Source: Schmidtea polychroa
Taxonomy: Eukaryota
Assembly (NCBI GenBank): GCA_044892525.1
Contig: CM097885.1
Span: forward strand, 40,302,001-40,366,000
DNA: 64,000 nucleotides
Reading direction: 5' to 3'
The notes under the pieces are model-generated. The model was not told the DNA's origin. It made no database searches and was given only the letters and a program-made list of their open reading frames with translations. Below, piece by piece: positions 33,405 to 47,100 of the stretch. A program made the position numbers and the translations under genes. Numbering within the stretch: the stretch's first letter is position 1; each line of letters opens with the position of its first letter.

Positions 33405-34769
33405 AGGCCTAGAAAAGCGAGAGATAGCAGTTAAGCTACAATGAGCTAATATCTGAATTAATAGAGAAAGGGAATATTAAAGCTAGCTAGAAACAAATTG
33501 AATGTAATTACGAAAATTTGAGTTTAGAGAGGAAATAAACGAGCTCGTGGAAAAGATAATAAGATTATAATGAAAAAGGAAAGGGAAGAAGGAAACGAAT
33601 TAAAGAGATAATGGAAAATAAAGAATAGGCGAAACGATGATAATGAGTAAAGAGGAAAGTAACCAACTAATTAAAGGGATCCCAGTGAAGTAGAGAAACT
33701 CTACGGAATATTTTTTTGGTTAAACCGGGAAAATGCATTTTTATTGGTTCCAGAGTAGAACCGAGTGGAATAATAGTAAATATGAAAAGTAAAATAGCGA
33801 CAACAGCGCAAAAGGATTAGGAAAATGAAAGGGGGGTAATAAGCAGTGACCGACAACGACCTATTCATATTATAAGTGATAAAAATAGATAATTATTGCG
33901 ACTCTATAGATAATTGTTACTACCCCATATAGATAATTTAAAATCGACGAAAAATTCGGGCTGATGGGAGATTATAACCCGCGGAAGTAATTGCATAAAA
34001 AATAGGGGAAGCACAAACAGAAACCTAAAAGGTGTCTGTGTTTGAATGTTGCAGAAAGAATGATGAAGTCGTGTAAGCAAATGCAACAAGAGATCATTTT
34101 TTCATTTTAGATATCAAACCAATCCAGCCAATCAAGCCAATCCAGAACCTGCACAAAAGGAATTCGAAGAAATCGACAATCGACCAAGAACAAATCCATT
34201 CAGAACCCGCACCGAGAGACACAGCAACCGGAAGACTCCAGAACGGAAGAAGATACAGATAGCGACATCTCCAACTTCGAACGAATCACCGATATATTCA
34301 ACCTCATAGTATTAGCAGCCATCTGCCAAGGACTAGTAAAGCTCCTCAGGATCTCAGTAGCAGATTCATACAGGATACTTTTCGAAGGAAACGCAATCAG
34401 ATCCGAACTCGTCCGATTCAGTAGCCGCTAATTACCAAGAAGCGTAAGAAAGGAATCACGGATAAACCCAATCTTAGATCTTCAAGTAAGCCAGGAGACG
34501 TATTATTTTCAGGAGACGAATTACAACAACTCAAAAGAGGACGATCTATTAAACATCAAAGAGGAATATCACAAGGATCAAGAAGAACCAATCAAGTACC
34601 TATATTTGACCAAGAAAATCTCGGATACACCCCTAGTCGATCTCGAAGCAGGGAAAGTCTGTCCGATATCACTAACAGTTTAGCAACGTCAACCGAAGAA
34701 TTATCAGCCCAAAGTTTAGTCACATCGTTAGACAATTTAAAAGAAACAGACGAAGTTAGAACACCAATC

Positions 34770-35747
34770 ATGACGAATGTCATAAAAACCGACGAGTATA
34801 AGGAGAAGTTCAGAGGAGAACCGTTCAATGGAAATGCAAACAAGTTAGCAACGTTTATAACTAATTTTGAAGTTTATATCGATGTGTGCGGATGGACATC
34901 CGAAGCAGTTAGTAAAAGGATGCCGTTGTTTTTGTGCGATAGCGCATTAGAAGTGTATTTAGAGGCTAAAGAAAGAAATACGAAATTAGATAAATGGGAC
35001 GATATCAAAACATTCCTGAAGAAAACTTTCGGAGCTAGCAAACCAATAAATCAAGCACTCGGCGAACTAGCAAATAGGAAACAAAGAGCAAATGAATCCA
35101 TTACATTATATGCCAGTGAATTGCGGAGATTAGCGAAAAAAGCAATGAATGGAAAATTACCCGAGGAAAATCTGATCGGCTATTTCATAGAGGGATTACG
35201 CCGAGAAGAGTTAAGAGCCTCAGTAGGTTGTCAAATGTGCAAAACATTAGAGGAAGCCATAGATTGGGCTACCAGATGCGAGTTCCACCTCCCAGCACAA
35301 ATGAATATTATGCAAGAGGATGGGAGGATAGCGACAGCAATAGCGAAAGCGGATAACGGAGATAACAACAACCAGGAACCGAAAATGAATCAATTTATAC
35401 CAGGAGCGCATCAAATTTTCAAACCACCACAAGGACGATCAAATGGGAATAATGGTAATCGTGACAACCTGAATAATGAGAACAATTTTAGTAATCGACG
35501 AAATATGAACGATAACAAGCAGTGCCGAACATGCGGTAAACCAGGACACTGGGACAGAGATTGTTATAGAAATTCAAATTGTAATCGTTGCGGACGGCGT
35601 GGACATACCGAAAATGTATGCCAATTGAGAGGTTGTTTTAACTGTGGTCAGCCAGGTCACATCTCCAGAGATTGCCGAGAAAGGGGCCAACAACAACGAC
35701 CACCACAGCGAAATAATAATATAAAGCGAGATAACCAGCGGAAGTGA
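34770..35747 (+). CDS. gag: Element B Gag (3 CCHC knuckles)
   Basis: EPFNG..FITNFE; RMPLFLCDSA; RKQRANESITLYASEL; FIEGLR; three CX2CX4HX4C. Confidence 0.92.
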   Translation: MTNVIKTDEYKEKFRGEPFNGNANKLATFITNFEVYIDVCGWTSEAVSKRMPLFLCDSALEVYLEAKERNTKLDKWDDIKTFLKKTFGASKPINQALGELANRKQRANESITLYASELRRLAKKAMNGKLPEENLIGYFIEGLRREELRASVGCQMCKTLEEAIDWATRCEFHLPAQMNIMQEDGRIATAIAKADNGDNNNQEPKMNQFIPGAHQIFKPPQGRSNGNNGNRDNLNNENNFSNRRNMNDNKQCRTCGKPGHWDRDCYRNSNCNRCGRRGHTENVCQLRGCFNCGQPGHISRDCRERGQQQRPPQRNNNIKRDNQRK

Positions 35748-35769
35748 AGACGAGGATATCGAAATAAAG

Positions 35770-38760
35770 TTGAGAAAAGAGAGGGAGGAAGCGATAAAAC
35801 AAGTAGCTGAAATACTTCCGGTGGTAGTGAGAAACCAAGAGTTCATCGACGTAATACCATTCAGGCGATTCGTGCAAAAAGTGATGAAATTGGAAAGAAA
35901 CGAGAAAGATTTAATACCAAACGAGGAAAAATCAATTATAAAAAAGTATATGGAAAAAATGAAGCAGGCCGATACCACGCGGTATGTAATAAAAATCGGA
36001 ACGAGCAGAGGACTTGAAAGAATGTGGATCAAAAGTACAGTCACCGACGAACTTTTCGATTGGATACGAGAACATTTGGGAAGTTCGAGAAAGAAAGAAT
36101 ATCTGTATCAATACCAAGGAGAACAGATCAAACCAGATATGCACTTAGTAGATGCACTAATATGGCCAGGAGAAACGCAAATACTGAAGTTGCATAAAGA
36201 AAAACAACCAGCCAACCTTTACGATTGGGCTAAAGATGCCAAGGCAGAATATGATTTTAATATCAAATTGAAATTAGAACAAATAAAGCAATGTACTCTG
36301 AGACGAAACCTGGATAAGCTGATCAAACAAATTCAAGAACAAGTAGAAGACAACTGGGATTTACTCATCACCAGACGAGCCCCAGCCATGTACGAACTAA
36401 TGAGCCGGTTGCGAGATACAGAAATGCTCCGAATGAGTGAATGGAGAACCAAAAATTTGATCCACAAATATGGAAGGTTAAAAGAAACCCAGCCACAGAG
36501 GTTGGAAATAACCCTATGGTTACCGAACGAAGAAAAACGACGAATAAAAATGAGCAATCAGAGTACAGTGGATGACTTGGTATCAAAGATAAACCAAGAG
36601 ATAACGGAAAAGGTACGTAGCGAAAGTAGTGATGGTATGGTAGATGATGTAGTCATGATGTACGATAAAATAATATTACGAGCGGAGGACGACACCTCGT
36701 TAAGCGAAATGGGTATGTGGGACAATCATCAGATAATCAGGATAGTACCAATGGATGAATTTCGAACAAGAGATGTAACATATCAAAAAGAAATACGAGA
36801 CCGGATGAAAACGTTATATCAAAAATCTACAGAAATAATCGAAATCCACCAACAATGGTTAAAAGAAAAGGAACTACAAGGAAAAATCACGAAACTAAGT
36901 ACCAGATCCTGCAGACGAACCCCATGGGAAAGAGTGTGGAATGCAGAAAATAAGGAATGGGAAATCCGGAAAGGAATCTTCGTAGAAACAGACATTGGTG
37001 AGACAGAAAGTGAATCAGAAGAAGAAGAAGAGGAACCTCCAGAATATGAAGAGGAAGCAAGGGAACAGACATCAGATGACGAAGGCGAGACGGATGTCAC
37101 ATCAGAAAGCGAAAACGAAGCGAGACACATTCATGCAATGAGGAAAAAGGAACGTGAATATGCTGATATGGACGGCGAGGAAGCGACGGAAGCAAGAGAA
37201 CGAGAAGAGAGAGAAAGATATAAACAATTAGGCGATATCCTAATAAAGGGAGCGAAAAATCAAAAACGACAAGTAATAACATTAGCTAACTTCATTTTAA
37301 AAATATCGGATAATATCCACTATCTGAGGGAGATAGTAAAAACTATAGAAGAATACCGACAATACAACGAATGGTACCCGGAACAACTGGAGCAAATTAT
37401 CGGGAAGTGGCGAAACCATGAGTGGTCACAAGATACCCAAGAGAGATACCGAATCCGAATCAAATACCCAGATAAGAATGTGGAGGAAGTAGAAGTACAC
37501 CCAACCACCAAAATCAGGGAATTAAAAAAGAAATTGGCATACGAAACTCCCTTCCATCTACAACTGCAAGGAAAATCACTAGACGATAATGCAGACGTCG
37601 GAATAACACCCATGAGATTGGAAGAGACAAATGTATTAACGATGGCAGAAACGTTGGGGAAACCATTAAAAAGGAAAAGTAAAAGTGACAAACCGACAAA
37701 AGGCAGTTTGAGTACTCCAAGTCCGAACAAAGCCCCAAGTAAATCTAATGAAACTGAAGAAGTTGAAGAGATTATCCTCGAAGATAGTGACGATGAACCA
37801 GGAGAAAGATCACCGCTATTAGTAAAATGGCCGACAGGAGCCTAAATGTGGACTAATAACCAGCCATCAACGAGTTATCAACAACCAACGAAACTAAACA
37901 TCAAAGAAATCATCGACAATACTACGGAAACCGAAACGGATGAACAATTCCAGAAGCAAAGAGAACCAACGAAAGTAACACCAGAAGGTCAAACCGATAA
38001 AATAATAGATGAATGGAATGAGTGGCTAAGAAATAACGATAGCTCATTACCCAGAACGGATAATGAAAGAAATCCGAATTACGAAAATACCAGAGAAGCC
38101 GGAACGATGATGGAAAAACGGGCAAAAGGAAGACCTAAGAAACAAGGAGAGAAGTCTGAGTCCTAAACCAAGGAACAATTAAAGCAAGAACAAGGGCAAG
38201 TTCGATTAGAAAAATTGGATAAAATAGTATGGGATCTAAAGGAAGCCCAACCAACGGTTGAAAGAGGAGAAAAATGGATACGAGAATTGATAAAAGATAT
38301 GTTAATAATAACAAACCCACAACTTAGACGTTTGTGGCAACGGAAAGTAGCGAGTGTGGAAGCTAGACAATTATGGCACATCGTATCAGGGATAATCCCA
38401 AAGTTAATCAAAGAAAAAACGAAAACCACCAAAACGGATTGGGATGAAACAAAGAGAGTGATTGAACAGCTCACGGCAAATGCAAATGATGACGAACATC
38501 ATCTAGTGGTAATCACTTATTTGATGTATAATTTGATGGGACTAGCTGCAAGAAAAATACCAAATAAACAGTTTGCAAATCACGTGGAAATGACCGTTTC
38601 AATCATAGAGAATACTATTGAACCACATATTATTCGTGCCGGAGGATGGAAAAGACTTATACAAGCGCCACGAAAAAATGAGCAAGAAAGGTCGATGCAA
38701 GTTAGATTGAAGAAGTTGTTGAATGAACTAGAATGGGAACTACCCATGAAAGACCCAGCA
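35770..38760 (+). pseudogene. Element B polyprotein segment: three ubiquitin-like domains, acidic linkers, Bcl-2-like domain; TAA stops at 37843 and 38164
   Basis: ORFs 35770, 37846 and 38215 share one frame. Ubl-like: EVEVHPTTKIRELKKKL..LQLQGKSLDDN; IKMSNQSTVDDLVSKI..TSLSEMGM; YQYQGEQIKPDMHLVD. BH2-like IEPHIIRAGGWKRL. Confidence 0.7.
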
Positions 38761-41130
38761 AGCCGAAAAGCATCGATAAATTCGTTAATGATGACTATGA
38801 TGATATGGATGTTGTGCACAAGTGGAGCAACGGGTTTTACCATCTACGATTGTGATAATATGATAATGAGAGATAAATACTCATTGAGAGACATAGAAGA
38901 ATGCAGACAAGCATCACCCAACAAATTAGACATAGTAAGAACAAAAGTTACTTACCATGTATATCAAGAATCAGATTTCATCAGAACGCAAGCAAGGGAA
39001 TGCGTAGTATCAAAAAAGGTACTCGCATATTACTGTGGACAATATTCGTATTCGACTCTTATACTACCCGGTCTGGATAAAGAAATCGTATCAATACAAC
39101 GAGAGGACTGTAAAGAGCTATTTAGAACCGGAGCGCTAAAAATGCATAACGGAGTGACGATTCACGGACAAACTGGAATGATTAAAACCGAAAGTGTTTA
39201 CGTATCCGGAAAAGTAAAATCATCAGATGGGTCATGTAACGGAGGTACGTATACGATCCGAGGCGAGGTAATATCGGGAGTAGTAGTAATCGAGTCCTAT
39301 ACGGTTGAACTAAAGGAATACGAAGCGCAATTTGACGCAAATAATTACCAAATGAAGACCAACCCAGCTTGTAGAGCTACAGAAAACGTATGCAGGACAG
39401 GAGTATCAACTATAATCTATGAAGCTAATACCCAAAAATGCCGACTCCAACTGTTAAAAAGTGCTTTGTTCAATGAAGTAAAAGGAGAAATTTATGAGAA
39501 CGAGAACGACGAGGATGGAAACGACAGAGTGAGAATGCGAAATGGAAAACCAATGCCACCATCTCCCAGAGAAAAGAGACTTTCAACGCAGAAGACACCA
39601 ACAGCATTAATCACAGACGATCCAGATCTAGGTATGAGATTTATCAAAGAGAAAGAAACCACCAAATGTGACAGTATAGTATATAAAACCAATTACGCAG
39701 GTATCTATATGTCGAGACAAATAATCGATAGAGCAGTGGAAAAATAGCAACGGAGGACGTAAAACTATACTTATATGCAAATAATAAAATGGATTTTCTA
39801 TTTCATCGTGGACAAACGACCTTACAAAAAGTATATTACGATCTGATACAAAACGATTGTTCATTGAATAAAGAAATACTGAAAACAAAGCTAGCTATTG
39901 CGATAACGCACCCAGACAACACGATGCCATCACTCCCACTACCAGACGGACATTTTGGTAGAATGGTAGGAGAAGTAATGTACACATACCAGTGTACCAA
40001 GACGTATGCACGAATGCCAGAAAAATCCATACTACCCGAAAAGAGATGTGCAAATGAATTAGAAATCCGTTATAAAGGACAAAATCGATTCGTCCAACCA
40101 GTCACTAGAATTATGAATCCAGTGGGTTTCTACCCAAATCTCTTTAACTGTTCTAATGCATACGGACCTTTGTATGAAAGACCCGATGGGAAATGGATGA
40201 TGTTACCGGGAAAAACCATATCCGAGGAGCCCAAGAAATTTGGATTAATAGAACTCGCCACAGAGCTGGATTTCAAACCTATAGACGTATCAAACGGTGG
40301 TATGTATTCCCCAGAAGATCTAGAAACAGCACGACTTAACGTACTCTTCCCAGCCAGACGAGAATCCATTTTGTCAAATATGGTTACAATAACTGGGGGC
40401 ACAAACTATCAATCAGGCCCGAATTACGAGCTGCTATTATCGCCAGACCATTTTCAACAAGCCACGTCAAACATGATGAAAGCAATGTGGGGAAGATTCT
40501 TAGTTTTTGGACAAATGATGGCAGGAATATTGGGGATCATACTCATAATTCAGATAGTCAGAGTAATACTAACACAAATGTTAGTTTGTTTTGATATATA
40601 CAAGCGAGAAAAGAAAGTAAATTGGAAAATGATAGTAGGCTTTCTACCATTCCTAGCTAAAACCATGGTGTTACATGGTCACTCAAAGGACATTCACCGA
40701 ATAAAACGATTAATTAAAATACTAACAAAGATTAAAGGAACCGACGAGGAAGTAGGCAGACGATTCCGGAAAGTAATGTACGACGAAGCAACAAGACGAC
40801 AATTGAAAAAGAATAAGCCAAAATTCTTGGACCGATTTAGAAGCCAATCATCTAACAGCGATAGTGACAACGATGATAACGGGAACGATAAATGTCTATA
40901 TCCAAACAGAAACCCAAACGAAAAACCAATGGAAACGGCACCATACTGGGAAAAGGAAAAGACAAATACCTGGATCGCCAATGGAAGCTATATACCGCCA
41001 GATATCGTGGGACCGCAAGCAGCTTTGACCATGACACAAAATATGTATCCGCAATTACCGAGTCAACCCGGGATGCATTATATGCCAACGCGACGTACCA
41101 AAAGTGTAGATCAAGCAGATGACGTAAGAA
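38761..41130 (+). pseudogene. env: Element B chuvirus-like (class III fusion) envelope glycoprotein with signal peptide, TM and tail; 1-nt frameshift at ~39745
   Basis: LMMTMMIWMLCTSGATG/FTIYDC; ECVV..YYCG; GSCNGG; NNKMDF; GEVMYTYQC; CANEL..FVQPVTR; GMYSPEDL; WGRFLVFGQ..GILG TM. Confidence 0.82.
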
Positions 41131-44100
41131 CAATAGCAGCGATGAGTTTACCTGGAGGTCCAGCAGTAACGGTCATGATTCAAATCAATGGTAAAGAAAC
41201 CAATGCTATGATAGACACAGGAGCTAATGTATCAGCGATAGCGATTAATCAAATCCCCAGTAAGCACTAGAAAGATATCGAATCAACAACAATTCACATC
41301 ATAGCATGTAGTAAAGAAACAGTGGACGTGGTCGGAAGATGGTGGACTACATTGAGATACCAGGACAACGAAATTGAAACGTATTTGGCAGTAATACCAA
41401 AACTTAGCGTACCATGCATAATCGGAACGGACCTGATGCCAGAATTATTAAAAGAAGTCGTAATTGACTTAACAACCATGTGTTTAAAAGATAAAACCGG
41501 TAGAATATGCAAAATGAATGCGGTAATCAGATGTCCAGAAAAAATAATAGTACCAGCAAAATCGCAGATGATTTGTCAGATAAAGGTGGATACGGGTATG
41601 GAAGGAGAAGTTATCTTTGAACCAAGCAAATCATTCGAAAAGCGACGAGAGTTACCCCTCGCAAGAGAAATAATCACAATAAACCAAGAAGGAGTGATAC
41701 CGCTCAACATCACGAATTTCGAAGAGGAAGACAAAATCATTTATGAGAACGAAAAATTGGGAAGATTGACCCCATTGATGGACATAGAATTACCGAAAGT
41801 GACCAACGAGATGATCAAAGATGATGAATTATGGACAATAGATAGTATGTTGTTGACGAATGATGAAAAGAAAAAATTGCACCGATTGTTGGTAGAATAT
41901 AAAGATATATTCGCCATCTCAGATTTAGATTTGGGTACATGCGATGTTACCCTACATGCAATACCCCTCATAGATGAAACTCCAATTGCATTAAGACCAT
42001 ACAAGCTAGCAGAAATGCAAAAAGAAATAGCCGAAGCAGAAGTACAAAAGATGCTAGATGCAAAAGTAATCGAACCGAGTTGCTCACCTTGGCAATTCCC
42101 AGTGGTCATGGTGAAAAAGAAAGATGGCACCCAACGATTCTGTATCGATTATCGAAAATTAAACGCAGTAACCAAGAGAGATACCTATCCATTGCCAGAC
42201 ATTAATGAAATGTTACTCATGTTGCAAGGGGCAGCATATTTTACTTCTTTAGACCTAAAAAGTGGATACTGGCAGATTAAAGTCAAGGATGAGGACAAAG
42301 AGAAGACCGCCTTCACGTTGGGACGAGATCTATATCAGTTCAGGAAAATGCCATTCGGACTGACTAACGCACCAGCATCATTTCAAAGGTGTATGAACTT
42401 TGTCACTCACGGAATCAAACAATGTATGGTATATATTGATGATTTACTAATCTATTCAGCGACATTTGAACAACATCTGGAAGATATCCGAAATGAATTT
42501 ATTCGATTAAGACAATGGAAACTCAAGCTCAAACCCTCAAAATGCGATTGGGCAAAGGAAAAAGTCACGTTTCTGGGACACATCGTGTCAGCTAAAGGAA
42601 AGGAGCCAGATCCAAGGAACATCGAGAAAATAAAGACATGTCCAGCACCGAAAACTGTCACCCAAGTTCAGGAATTTCTAGGATTATGCGGATACTATCG
42701 CAAATTTATCAAAAATTATGCAGGAATTGCAAAACCAATCCAGGAATTAGTAAAGAAAGACATTTCGTTCATTTGGGAAAAAGAACAACAACAGGCGTTC
42801 GAAACGCTGAGAGACAAACTAATCGAAGCACCAATACTGGTACACCCAGATTTCAAGAAGCCATTTCTATTGGCAACAGATGCAAGCGGGTATGCAGCGG
42901 GAGCAATTCTGGGACAACTAGACGACGAAGGTAAAGAGAGAGTAATTGGATATTACAGTCGAACATTCAAAAAGCACGAGAAGAACTATTCAGTAACAGA
43001 AAGAGAAGCATTAGCTATAATACAAGCAATCAAACATTTTCGATATTTGTTATGGGGACACGAGATATGTATCACCACAGATCATCAACCATTAGTGTGG
43101 TTAGGGCAACACAAAGAAGCGTCCAGTAGACTGATGAGATGGGCCATGCAATTGCAAGAATACTCCCCATTTATAAAATTCAAAGCAGGAAGAGCAAATG
43201 CCAACGCCGATTGTATGTCAAGATTTATTTTTCCAGATTTGGTGGATTCAGAAATGCAACGCATATGCTTAATAGTAGCGGAAGATTTGGATTTCTGTCA
43301 ATTGCGAAAGGACCAACAAGAGGACGCGGAATTAAAACAAATTATCGATTATGTAAAAACCGGAAAGACGGATGTATATGCGAAAGACCAAAAATTAAAA
43401 GAACATATGGATAAACACCGACACCGATATATTATAGAGAAAGATTGGTTGCTGATAATGGATGGGGAAAAACGATTAATGTGTATACCGGAAAACCGAC
43501 GAAAAGAGTTACTAACGCAATATCACGATGGGAGATTGGGAGGACATATGTCATCGAAAAAGACGTTAGCAAGAATGAAACAGAAATATTTTTGGCCAAC
43601 CCTAACGGAAGACGTAACCGAATGGGTGAAAAACTGCCTAACCTGTGCAACGAGGAAAAACACTGGATCGAAATGGAAAGCACCTTTGACGCCAATGCCG
43701 GTACCAATAGAGCCGATGACAATGATATCAATGGACGTAGTTGGTCCATTACCGGAATCGGATAGAGGAAACGTTTATATTTTTGTGATTACAGACTTTC
43801 TCACGAAATTTCCAGAAGCATTCGCGATGCCAGACCAAAAAGCTAAAACAATCGCAAAAATTTTGGTAGAAGAGATATGTTGCCGATATGGAACACCAAA
43901 ACAGATATTAACCGATCAGGGAACTAATTTTATGAGTGAGATAATGAGCGAAGTAACAAATTACTTCAAAATCGCAAAATTGAGAACATCACCGTATCAT
44001 CCTCAAACCAATGGGATGACGGAAAGATTTAATGGAACACTTATACAAATGTTATCAAACTACGTCGATCGTCACCAACGAGATTGGGATGAATACATAA

Positions 44101-47100
44101 ATCTATGTCTTATGGCTTACAGAATGTCAATTCATGCATCAACAAAACTGAGCCCATTTAAATTAATGTACGGAAGAGAATGTAATATGCCAATGGACCT
44201 GGAATACCAACCACCGATATCGCAGTATATGGAGATCGATGATTATGTTACGAAATTCAAGGAAAGAATGCAGGAGATTTGGGAAACTGCGGGATTAAAT
44301 ATTAAGTTCTACCAGGAAAGTTATAAAGATTTACACGATCGAAAGAAAAACGTGAAGCAACATACGTTTCAAACAGGTGATTGGGTGATGATCGAGACCC
44401 CAGAATTAATTCCCGGAACCACAAGAAAATTACAACGGAACGGAAAAGGGCCATATGAGATCCTATTTGTAGGCGAAACCAACGTTAGAGTGAAATTGAT
44501 AAATAATCCATTTACCAGGCCAATATACGTAAATGTAGCACGATGCAAACCAATTCCGAAAACAGCCACCAGTCATCCAGAAGGCCGTACATTAACCACA
44601 CGTTCGCAAACCTACAGAATGAACATGATGCAACAACTCGCAGAACCGATCACTGGACGATTGGGCATACAACCATCGGAAGCCGAAAAAATCGTACGAG
44701 AGGTAAAGATAAAATTACCCGGATGGGCAAAAGATCGATTAGATTTCGAAATATTAGGAGGATTATTGACGATGATCGAAAATTATGCAAACAGAGAGAG
44801 AACACACCCATTATTGCGAGTAGTCAAAAGCCAATGGCCAATATTATTTACAATAACAGATCATTACGGAGACACACCATTACACAAACTCATGAAAGTA
44901 GGTAACAACGAGCAAATACTAGAAACAATAGAAGCATTTCACGACTGCAAGAGATCAACAGAACAAGAAAATAACCAAGGTTACACACCATTAATGATAG
45001 CAGCAAACAGAGGCAAAACAAAAGACATAATAACCGCATTACTTGATACAGGATCCAAAATAACCACACAAGACCACGATCGGAAAAACGCACTACATCA
45101 TGCTATCGAAGGGAAAAGTACCGAAGCGTTCACGTCGTTGATGGAACTACTATCATATGAGGATAATCGAGAAGTCGGAAACATGTATGATGGATTATTA
45201 ACAGCGGTCAAAGAAAAACTGACAACAATTACCGGAATATTAATTACATGGAGAAATCCGATAAAAAATGAGTATATGATCAACGTAAACGAAGCATTCA
45301 CGAGAGGAGAAAACACACTGATGAGAGAAGCTATGAAAGGACATCATTTATTCGAAATCCCGAATCAATTACTGGAACGAGGAATAACCTTCACAAATCA
45401 TAAGGATGAGCAGTTATTAAAAAAGCGAATTGACACATTCGAAAAATCAATATTCCAATTCATTACTCAGGTACGAAATAAATATTGGGGAACGGTAAGT
45501 GTGTTATACATGATGGACACGATGAACAACATCCGCGAGAATTACCTAGATATTATTCAAATACTTACCGCAGAGGAACGAATCAATAATCCAACTGGAA
45601 AGAAGATAAAAATAAAACATGGGATACCAACAGAACCAAAGTCGCAAACAAACCAAACGGTCACAAATAACGTCACCGAAACCAAATCAATGAGTATAGA
45701 TCAAAGAGCAATAATATGCAAAGCGAAAGAAGTGTTCTTTGAGGAAATGCTAAAGTTGTCCGACGAAATAATATTGTCCAAAATAATAAAAGCCGTACAC
45801 ACATACGCAAGAGATCAAACCACGGGTTTAGATATCGGGAAAATCAAAACCTTTTTACCTAGAGCATTTACGATGGTAACAAAGGATTCCAGAACACCTC
45901 TGCAACAAGCAATACTAGCAGCGAAAGAAAATAGAGCAATAACGATCATGAGAATCCTCAGAGATATGGGCGAAGAAACCAACACGAAAAATGAACAAGG
46001 CGAAACCGCCATGATGTATGCAGCTATAACGAAAATACACCCAAAAACACTCCACATCCTACATCAATCAGGATCGAGACTAGACGAAAAATCAAACGAA
46101 GGGAACTCCACATTGGACTGGGCAACCATACAGCCAAACTTGGAAATTATCAGATTTATTTGCAAAAATGCGACAAAAGAGGAAGTTGAAAATATGTGCA
46201 AAAACACATCTCAATTTCAATGGAATACGGTACGGAAAAATCTAGAAGCAATGAAACTATTATTGACATGGAGAGTACCACAAAGTAATAAATATGCGAT
46301 AAATATAAACGAATTTTACGAAAATGGAGAAAACGCGATGGTAAAGAATACCCTAACTAAAGGGGGGACGCCTAAAATTATCTTAATAGTATTAAATAGA
46401 GAGGACCTCAAATTCACGCAAAATCAAAACGAGCAACAACGAATTGGAAAACATCGTCGTATTCAATTGAGAGAATTAGTCAAGGAATGGAATAGAAAGA
46501 GACATGCCGTAACGGGTAGAAAAGAATTTGAATTCGAAGCAAAGTTAGCAAGGAACAGAGTGTTAACAGCATATCGCAAATTATTGAACGATATAAATGT
46601 CGAGGACGACATTTTAAACGACAGCGGGGGAGATAAACACGATGACAATGACGGAAAAGGCCGAAAAGAGGATAAAGGGAAAAGAGAACCGGAAGAGGAT
46701 AAACCGGAAAACAAGGATTTGGATACGAAAAGAGAGGGAAACAGCCCGGGAACCAAGACCAAAGAGGAGGAAAAACCGAATAATGGAAAACAGAGGGTAT
46801 GCCTACCTTTCACTAACAAAGAAATAGAGACAAATATGATATTAATGATAATTATGCTTACCATGATAGAGTTAGTAACAGCTCATGGAGGGACGAGAAC
46901 GATAAAAGAAACCAAAGAAGCGGAGAATCAAGATAGCAAAGAGGATGAACTAAAACAAGAAAAGAAAAAGCAAGCGCAAGAGCAGCAGTGGGATTTAAAG
47001 AAAGAATGGGACCTAAAGGAAAGGTGCATACTAGGAAGATGTATGTCTAGAGCGTATCAGAGATTAGTACTGGTAAATGAGGACACAGAACCGATAACAG

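Noticed and set aside
39740..39760. Programmed readthrough at TAG-CAA in env
   Set aside because: The downstream env is in another frame; a single missing A in the A-run restores EKIATEDVKLY.
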